From Eubacteriales bacterium (GTDB taxonomy: Bacteria > Bacillota > Clostridia > Oscillospirales > CAG-272), in contig JAZMZG010000016.1 of assembly GCA_045585835.1 (NCBI GenBank), forward strand, positions 46,099 to 110,098: DNA of 64,000 bases. The letters are read 5' to 3'. The position numbers were made by a program, and so were the translations under genes. Below are positions 57,692-64,000 of this stretch, piece by piece; position 1 is the first letter of the stretch; every line of letters starts with the position of its first letter. Below the pieces are notes generated by a model. That model searched no databases and was not told the DNA's origin. It worked only from the letters and a program-made list of their open reading frames with translations.

Positions 57692-58276
57692 TCACCCCCT
57701 GTATATTTTCAGCGAATGGCCGCATTCTTTGCAAAAGTCGGGCGACTCGTAATTATAGTGTCCGCAGATTATGCACCTGACCTTATCGTTCTTCGACTTC
57801 GGTTGCGACTGAATGTAATTCGTGCCCTTTATATGTACCACGGCTTCGCCCATAGTGTATATGCCGTGAGGAATATGGTCGGTCTTTTCTCGGTACGCGG
57901 TCTTCCATATCTTATTTCCCGACGGAAGCAATATTTTTATCCTGATACTCGCTATGTAGTTCGGCGTTCTTCTGAGCGTATGAGCGGATAATTCGCGGGT
58001 AACCTTGTCGTGCACTTCGATTATCGTGCCGCAAAACGATTTATCCTTTAAAAATGCGACTATCTCTATACTGTCGACGAAAATAAGCAGAATTATGAAG
58101 TAAACGGCAAGTCTGTTCCAGACGGATATTCTTTCTATCGGATAGCAGAATATTTCAATACACGCAAACACGAGAAGTAGGAAAGCCGCGCCGAACACGC
58201 AAAAACGGATTCTTTTTTTGCGCTTTTTCTTTACGTATTCTTTTATGTCAGACGGCATGTATATTCTCTTATCCAC
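57692..58276 (-). CDS. Hypothetical membrane protein with a C-terminal zinc-ribbon
   Basis: Lys/Arg-rich N-terminus, two TM helices, a soluble domain, and CIICGH...CKECGH as a four-Cys ribbon. Confidence 0.6.
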   Translation of the reverse strand: MDKRIYMPSDIKEYVKKKRKKRIRFCVFGAAFLLLVFACIEIFCYPIERISVWNRLAVYFIILLIFVDSIEIVAFLKDKSFCGTIIEVHDKVTRELSAHTLRRTPNYIASIRIKILLPSGNKIWKTAYREKTDHIPHGIYTMGEAVVHIKGTNYIQSQPKSKNDKVRCIICGHYNYESPDFCKECGHSLKIYRG

Positions 58277-58400
58277 CGGTTTACCTCCGTTTTTAGAGAC
58301 GGGAATCTACATGTATCTTATCATACCCTCACACAAAAGTCAAGATATTCGCCGATACGGAAGGCTACGGACTCACCTATCGAGAAAATATTTTTCCACC

Positions 58401-58429
58401 TTGAAAAGTATTTTCCATTATGGTATAAT
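58401..58429 (+). promoter_or_regulatory. Sigma-A type promoter of the membrane-anchored XRE regulator gene
   Basis: TTGAAA, 17-nt spacer, TGgTATAAT. Confidence 0.65.
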
Positions 58430-58462
58430 CACTGTAAAAGTAAGTTATTTCGGAGGTATTCG

Positions 58463-59074
58463 GTGAAGGATATAAAGAATGCAGTCGCCAAAAATATAAC
58501 CGAGCTTCGTATTTTGAACAATATGACGCAAATGGAGCTTGCCGAGAAGTTAAACTATTCCGACAAGACCATTTCAAAATGGGAGAGAGGCGAATCGTCT
58601 CCCGATATATCCGTTTTAGTCGAGCTTTCCGAGCTTTACGGCGTCACCCTCGACTACCTTGTAAAATCGGAAAATATCGAAGATGTTGTTATACGCCGTA
58701 GATCAAGCGAGGTGAGCTATAGCCGCCGTGCCGTTTCGTATATTGCGGAGAGCGGCTGCTGGATAGCGGCAGTTTTGGCTTTTATAATCACCACGCTTAT
58801 AATGAATCGTATGACTTTCCAGTGGCTTTATTTTCTTTACACCTTGCCCGTTGCATTGATAGTGAAGCTGATTTTCAATTCCGTATGGTTCAACCCAAGA
58901 CACAATTATTTGATAATATCGGCACTTATGTGGTCGATACTTGCAACCGTTCACATTACGTTTCTTTACTTCAAGATAAACGTTTCCTTGATCTATTTAT
59001 TGGGAGTGGCGGGACAGATCATTATAGTCCTTTGCTCCTTCATTAAAAAGCCGAAAAAGCAAATAAACGAATAA
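58463..59074 (+). CDS. XRE-family HTH regulator fused to a C-terminal four-helix membrane domain
   Basis: GTG start after GGAGG. ITELRILNNMTQMELAEKLNYSDKTISKWERGESSPDISVLVELSELYGVTLDYLV, followed by about 4 TM helices. Confidence 0.8.
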   Translation: MKDIKNAVAKNITELRILNNMTQMELAEKLNYSDKTISKWERGESSPDISVLVELSELYGVTLDYLVKSENIEDVVIRRRSSEVSYSRRAVSYIAESGCWIAAVLAFIITTLIMNRMTFQWLYFLYTLPVALIVKLIFNSVWFNPRHNYLIISALMWSILATVHITFLYFKINVSLIYLLGVAGQIIIVLCSFIKKPKKQINE

Positions 59075-59110
59075 AAAACGCCCGTTTTCGCTTGAAAACG
59101 GGCGTTTTTA
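59074..59110 (+). terminator. Intrinsic terminator
   Basis: CGCCCGTTTTC-GCTT-GAAAACGGGCG followed by TTTTT. Confidence 0.85.
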
Positions 59111-59196
59111 CGCCAATTCTACGATTCGGAGAGTTGGAGAGAGAAATTCTACGGCAGAGGAACGGATTAGTAGAAGGGCTTTTTTGGCTGAATGTG

Positions 59197-59225
59197 TTTA
59201 CATAGGTTTTCAGTAAAAGTATAAT
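59197..59225 (+). promoter_or_regulatory. Sigma-A type promoter of the GT8 / acyltransferase operon
   Basis: TTTACA, 17-nt spacer, TATAAT. Confidence 0.55.
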
Positions 59226-59265
59226 TGATATGTCAAGTCGAAAAAAGAAATAAAGGAGCGATAAA

Positions 59266-60192
59266 ATGAAAAAGACCATACCGATTATTTTTTCCACAGA
59301 CGACAATTACGTGCCTTATCTTGATGTTGCTATTTCTTCACTTATAGAAAATGCATCAAGAGATTACAGCTATAAGATAATCGTTCTCAATACCGGACTT
59401 TTGCCCGTAAATACAGCAAAACTCAATTCAAACGAGTGCGACGGATTTGATATAGAATTTTTTGATATATCGGAGAGCATAAAAGAGATAAGTGCTCATT
59501 TTAAGAACGTATATCACTTTTCACTTGCATCGTATTACCGTTTGTTTATTGCATCGCTTTTTCCGCAATATGACAAGGTCATTTATCTTGATTGCGACCT
59601 TGTTGTGCTCGGCGACATATCGAAGCTGTACAATATTGAGCTTGGCGAAAATATTTTGGGTGCTGCGTCGGAGCAATATGTTAAAAGCACACCCGAATTC
59701 AGACGTTATGCAAACGTGGCCTTGGGTGTTGACCCCGATGTATACGTAAATTCGGGCGTTTTGGTGATGAATCTTGAGGAATTCAGAAAAAATAAAATTG
59801 AGGGAAAATTTATCGAGCTTATTACGAAGTACGATTTCGACCTGCTTGACCCCGACCAAGCGTATTTGAACTATCTTTGCAAGGACAAGATATACTTATT
59901 GCAAAGCGGTTGGAACAACGAACCGATCCTAACCTCTTGCGAGGGTGAGAAAAACATCGTTCATTACGCACTTTATAAAAAGCCTTGGCAATACGATGAC
60001 GTAAAAGACGGCGAATATTTTTGGCACTATGCGAAAAAATCTGCCTTTTATGAGCGAATACTTGAAAATAAGGCGGCTTTCGGTGAGGCGGAAAAAGCGA
60101 AAAAGGAAGCTGCTGCAACGGAAATCATCGAGCACGCAAATTTGATAGTCGAATCCGATTACACATTTGCAAAGCTTATTTGCAGGAGTTAA
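59266..60192 (+). CDS. Glycosyltransferase family 8
   Basis: IPIIFSTDDNYVPYLDVAISSL, DxD in YLDCDLVV, NSGVLVMNL. Confidence 0.85.
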   Translation: MKKTIPIIFSTDDNYVPYLDVAISSLIENASRDYSYKIIVLNTGLLPVNTAKLNSNECDGFDIEFFDISESIKEISAHFKNVYHFSLASYYRLFIASLFPQYDKVIYLDCDLVVLGDISKLYNIELGENILGAASEQYVKSTPEFRRYANVALGVDPDVYVNSGVLVMNLEEFRKNKIEGKFIELITKYDFDLLDPDQAYLNYLCKDKIYLLQSGWNNEPILTSCEGEKNIVHYALYKKPWQYDDVKDGEYFWHYAKKSAFYERILENKAAFGEAEKAKKEAAATEIIEHANLIVESDYTFAKLICRS

Positions 60193-60195
60193 GTT

Positions 60196-61026
60196 ATGGA
60201 AAAATCAGCTCATAAAATCAAGATCTTGGAAAAAATATCCGAGCTTGAGAAAAAACAGCTTTGGCACGTAGACGTTGAGGACGACCCCGAAACGTATCCG
60301 CTTGGGCCGGATAAGGTGGATTATCTCAACAAAAAGCTGTCAAGCAAGCTAAAAACGGGTATAGCGAATATTTTGGGCGCACGCTTTTACGACAAAATGA
60401 TAGCTAAAAGACAGCTTATCATAAAAGAAGTCAGGGGCATTGAGAATTTCGAAAAAGTCAAAGGCGGGAAAATAGTGACCTGTAACCATTTCAGCGTATG
60501 CGACAACTACGCCGTATGGGTTGCACTGCGTAAGTCCATGCACGGCAAGATGCTTTACAAGGTCATACGTGAGGGAAACTACACTAACCCTCCAAAGCCT
60601 TTTGGACTTTTTATGCGCCATTGTAACACCTTGCCTTTATCAAGCCAAAACGCAACCATGGCAAAGTTTATGAAGGCGTTTTCCTGCCTTTTGGGGCGAG
60701 GAGAGACCATACTCATATACCCCGAGCAAAGTATGTGGTACAATTACAAAAAGCCGCGTCCCTTACAAGACGGAGCATTTTCTCTTGCAGTGCGAAACAA
60801 CGCACCCGTCGTTCCTGTGTTTATAACTATGGAAGACAGCGACATTCTTGACGGTGACGGCTTTTTTGTTCAAGAGTACACGCTTCATATATTGCCCGCG
60901 ATTTATCCCGATAAAACGCTCTCCCGTGTTGAAGCCAAAAACGATATGAAAAACAAAAACTACGCTTCGTGGGTAAAGACCTACGAGGAATTTTACAAAA
61001 AGCCATTGGAGTACGACGAGAAATGA
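60196..61026 (+). CDS. Lysophospholipid (PlsC-like) acyltransferase family protein
   Basis: HX4D motif in TCNHFSVCDN, plus the IYPEQ motif. Confidence 0.7.
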   Translation: MEKSAHKIKILEKISELEKKQLWHVDVEDDPETYPLGPDKVDYLNKKLSSKLKTGIANILGARFYDKMIAKRQLIIKEVRGIENFEKVKGGKIVTCNHFSVCDNYAVWVALRKSMHGKMLYKVIREGNYTNPPKPFGLFMRHCNTLPLSSQNATMAKFMKAFSCLLGRGETILIYPEQSMWYNYKKPRPLQDGAFSLAVRNNAPVVPVFITMEDSDILDGDGFFVQEYTLHILPAIYPDKTLSRVEAKNDMKNKNYASWVKTYEEFYKKPLEYDEK

Positions 61027-61577
61027 AGCTGTATCTTTCCGTAATAGGCTCGGCGATGATTATAATATCGCTTGTGAATATTGCTTTTCAAACGGCAGCT
61101 TGGCAGTACGTCATTATATCGGTCGTGCTTTGCACCGCCCTTCAATTTACCCTTGACGGCTCGATTGCGCTTATCATAAATAAAATGCCGGATAAGCTTT
61201 TCGGTATAGATAACCCGCTTTTTGCGGTGAGTCAGAGAGAAAGAAATATATACAAAAAACTAAAGGTGCGGGCGTGGAAGGACAAGGTATGGGAGCTTGG
61301 CGGACTTGGGGGATTCAGCAAAAAAAGCTTAAAAAGCCCAAGCGATCCCGAGTATATAGAGCGCTTCATAATCGAATGCAACAAGGGAGTGGTCGTGCAC
61401 AGACTGTCCTATTTTATTGGCTTTTTGCCAATGTTGTTTATACCGAATATATGCGCATTTTCCATCGCTTTTCCCGTGGGTGCGGTCAATTTGTTTTTAA
61501 ACGTATTGCCGACGCTTGCACTGCGTTATAATACGCCCAAACTCCGTGCGGCGCTTGAGAGAATGAGAAAAAAGTAA
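61023..61577 (+). CDS. Membrane acyltransferase resembling glycosyl-4,4'-diaponeurosporenoate acyltransferase (CrtO-like family)
   Basis: ATGA overlap with the previous gene. VRAWKDKVWELGG...IIECNKGVVVHRLS...NVLPTLALRYNTPKL parallels the staphylococcal CrtO pattern as I recall it. Confidence 0.55.
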   Translation: MKLYLSVIGSAMIIISLVNIAFQTAAWQYVIISVVLCTALQFTLDGSIALIINKMPDKLFGIDNPLFAVSQRERNIYKKLKVRAWKDKVWELGGLGGFSKKSLKSPSDPEYIERFIIECNKGVVVHRLSYFIGFLPMLFIPNICAFSIAFPVGAVNLFLNVLPTLALRYNTPKLRAALERMRKK

Positions 61578-61604
61578 GAGTGCGCTAAAATCTTTCTACA
61601 TGCC

Positions 61605-61633
61605 TTGAAATGTGCTTTTTGTTATGGTATAAT
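61605..61633 (+). promoter_or_regulatory. Sigma-A type promoter of sufC
   Basis: TTGAAA, 17-nt spacer, TGgTATAAT. Confidence 0.65.
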
Positions 61634-61662
61634 AATATAATCACATAAAAGAGGATATAAGA

Positions 61663-62388
61663 ATGCTTGAACTTAAAAATATATGCTACAGCGTAGTGGG
61701 CGAGGACGGAAACAAAAAAACGATACTTGATAACGTTTCCTTAAAGCTCTCCGAGGGTTTTACCGTTATAACCGGCCCCAACGGAAGCGGAAAATCGACC
61801 ATAGCCAAAATAATTGCGGGTATAATAAAGCCCGATTCGGGAAAAATTTTCCTTGACGGAGAGGATATAACCGAAATGTCCGTGACGGACAGAGCAAAAA
61901 GCGGCGTAAGCTTTGCTTTCCAACAGCCTGTCAGATTTAAGGGTATCAAGGTCAAGGACCTTATAAACTTTGCCGCAGGCAAGGAGATAAGCATATCCGA
62001 TGCGTGCAGATATCTTTCCGAGGTAGGACTTTGCGCACGCGACTATATCGACAGAGAGGTAAACGCAAACCTTTCCGGCGGCGAGCTCAAGCGTATCGAG
62101 ATAGCTACGCTTCTTGCAAGAAGCACCAAGCTGTCTATCTTCGATGAGCCCGAGGCAGGAATCGATATATGGAGCTTCAACAGTCTTATTAAAGTTTTTG
62201 AGAAGCTTCACGACGAAATAAACGGCACGATAGTCATAATCTCTCACCAAGAGAGAATATTAAACGTAGCGGACAGAATAGTTCTTCTTTCGGGCGGAAA
62301 GGTCGAAAAGGACGGCACTAGAGACGAGATATTTGACGGGCTCTTTTGCAAGGAAGGCGTTTGCAAAGTGCTTTCCGACAAAATGTAA
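61663..62388 (+). CDS. sufC: Fe-S cluster assembly ATPase SufC-like
   Basis: Walker A GPNGSGKST, LSGGELKRIEI, FDEPEAGIDI, ISHQERI. Followed by a SufB/D gene. Confidence 0.8.
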   Translation: MLELKNICYSVVGEDGNKKTILDNVSLKLSEGFTVITGPNGSGKSTIAKIIAGIIKPDSGKIFLDGEDITEMSVTDRAKSGVSFAFQQPVRFKGIKVKDLINFAAGKEISISDACRYLSEVGLCARDYIDREVNANLSGGELKRIEIATLLARSTKLSIFDEPEAGIDIWSFNSLIKVFEKLHDEINGTIVIISHQERILNVADRIVLLSGGKVEKDGTRDEIFDGLFCKEGVCKVLSDKM

Positions 62389-62402
62389 GGGAGGTACGTA
62401 TT

Positions 62403-63320
62403 ATGGATAAGCTTGAAAAAAATATGCTTGCGGAGATAGCCGATTTACACGAGGTACCCGTCGGCGCCTATAACATAAGGCTCAACGGAAAATCCGAAAT
62501 GAGAAATACGACCGCAAATATAGATATCGTTTCCAAAGAGGACAAAAACGGCATCGACATTATTATAAAGCCTTTCACCAAGGGTGAAAGCGTACACATA
62601 CCCGTTATCTTGTCAAAAAGCGGACACCAAGAGCTCGTATATAACGATTTTCACATCGGAGAGGGCGCAGACGTCCTTATAGTTGCGGGCTGCGGCATTC
62701 ATAACAGCGGCTGCGACACCTCAAAGCACGACGGTATCCATACCTTCCATATAGGCAAAAACGCTCACGTAAAATACGTTGAAAAGCATTACGGAGAAGG
62801 CGAGGGCGAAGGTGAGAGGGTGATGAACCCCACCACAGTCATAAACGTTGACGAGGGCGGATTTTTCGAGATGGAGACTACGCAGATAAAAGGCGTTGAT
62901 TCCACGGAAAGGAAGACGCTTGCAACTGTAAAAGCGGGCGGAAAGCTCGTCGTTACCGAAAAGCTCTATACGCACGAAAAGCAGTATGCGGGTACGGATT
63001 TCACGGTCGACCTTGACGGTGAAGATTCTTCCGCACATATAGTTTCACGCTCCGTTGCGGCAGGCGACTCAAGACAGGTATTCCTTGCCAAAATGAACGG
63101 AAATGCAAGATGTAATGCTCACTCCGAGTGCGATGCGATAATACTTGATAACGGCAAGGTCAGCGCAATTCCCGAAATTTGCGCAAACACGCTTGAAGCG
63201 GAAATGATACACGAGGCGGCCATAGGAAAGATAGCGGGCGAACAGCTCATAAAGCTTATGACGCTCGGACTTTCCGAAAAGGAAGCCGAAGAACAGATAA
63301 TAAACGGTTTTTTGAAGTAA
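62403..63320 (+). CDS. SufB/SufD family Fe-S assembly protein (short, 305 aa)
   Basis: ATG 62403 follows GGGAGG. Beta-helix repeats and the C-terminal HEAAIGKIAGEQLIKLMTLGLSEKEAEEQIINGF typical of SufB/D. Confidence 0.8.
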   Translation: MDKLEKNMLAEIADLHEVPVGAYNIRLNGKSEMRNTTANIDIVSKEDKNGIDIIIKPFTKGESVHIPVILSKSGHQELVYNDFHIGEGADVLIVAGCGIHNSGCDTSKHDGIHTFHIGKNAHVKYVEKHYGEGEGEGERVMNPTTVINVDEGGFFEMETTQIKGVDSTERKTLATVKAGGKLVVTEKLYTHEKQYAGTDFTVDLDGEDSSAHIVSRSVAAGDSRQVFLAKMNGNARCNAHSECDAIILDNGKVSAIPEICANTLEAEMIHEAAIGKIAGEQLIKLMTLGLSEKEAEEQIINGFLK

Positions 63321-63331
63321 GAAGGTAAGCT

Positions 63332-64000
63332 ATGACGAAGAAATTGACGGCGGCAATTTTAGCGCTTTTGATGTGTATTTCACTTGCCTCCTGCAAGATG
63401 GCTGTTAAGGAAAGAAGCGAAGACTTTGATTTCACGGAGCTTTCGGGTATACCGAGCGCGGATATCAAGATAGCCTATATCCACGCCGAAGATACGAGCC
63501 TTGAGCGTGACCTTGACGAATTCGTGCAAGAAAAGCTTATTGTAGGTGATAAGTTCTTGAAGCTCGATATAAGTTCGGGGGAAAGCCTTGACGGATTTTG
63601 GGACGGGCTCCTTTCCAAAGGCTACAACCTATTCTTTCTTGACGGCGGCCTTTCCGAAGAATTTATAAGTACACTTCCCACCGAAAAAGGCGACGTATAC
63701 TTTGTATCTTACGGAAACACCGTCGCTCCGTCGAAAAATCTTATAAGCTTTAAGGACGATTTTCTCGAATACTCATATCTTTTGGGTGTTATTGCGGCTG
63801 AAAGCGGCGACGCAGACAGTATAGGTATCATTACCGACAGTTTCGAATATTGCCCCGAATTTAACGCATTCGCCGCAGGTGTGAAGCTCGTAAATTCCAA
63901 TATAAAGGTAATAGTTTCCGAGAGAGTGCAAACTCTTGCGCAAAACGGGTGCAAAGCGGTGTTCATACCGAGCTCCTTTAAATATAAAGGCAACACAGAA
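63332..64000 (+). CDS. Lipoprotein, probably BMP/Med-family substrate-binding protein (3' end cut by window edge)
   Basis: Hand translation: MTKKLTAAILALLMCISLASCK lipobox. YLLGVIAAESG... resembles BMP-family proteins. The frame stays open to position 64000. Confidence 0.55.
   Translation, partial: MTKKLTAAILALLMCISLASCKMAVKERSEDFDFTELSGIPSADIKIAYIHAEDTSLERDLDEFVQEKLIVGDKFLKLDISSGESLDGFWDGLLSKGYNLFFLDGGLSEEFISTLPTEKGDVYFVSYGNTVAPSKNLISFKDDFLEYSYLLGVIAAESGDADSIGIITDSFEYCPEFNAFAAGVKLVNSNIKVIVSERVQTLAQNGCKAVFIPSSFKYKGNTE

Overview
This is a chromosomal segment from a moderate-GC Firmicute of class Clostridia. A surface protein carrying both cohesin and dockerin modules suggests a Ruminococcus-like Oscillospiraceae member, but that is inference only. 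About 62 protein genes, 3 tRNAs, one Phe T-box leader, one CIRCE operator and many sigma-A type promoters and intrinsic terminators can be read directly. Most of the window is core housekeeping: ackA; cell-wall precursor genes (ddl, a murF-like ligase, murA, murD); prfA-tsaC-coaE; ligA; rnj; metA; rarA; pheST. It also holds a long minus-strand block (hrcA-grpE-dnaK-dnaJ-rpoZ-priA-def-fmt-rsmB-rlmN), an amino-acid ABC importer, a heterodimeric ABC exporter and sufC plus a sufB/D gene. I found no CRISPR array, transposase, integrase, phage gene or recognisable defence system. Accessory-looking material is limited to the following: (1) three small cassettes, each headed by an XRE regulator, at about 1.3-2.6 kb, 16.1-20.0 kb and 57.1-59.1 kb; (2) a MazF/EndoA toxin gene with no antitoxin; (3) an ORF-poor promoter-to-terminator unit downstream of pheT, a candidate small RNA; (4) an orphan histidine kinase attached to the ABC importer operon; (5) a GT8 plus two-acyltransferase operon. 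I cannot point to a clear-cut new multi-gene system. The best candidates are ranked in the findings, and all of them need database searches or experiments that I cannot run here.
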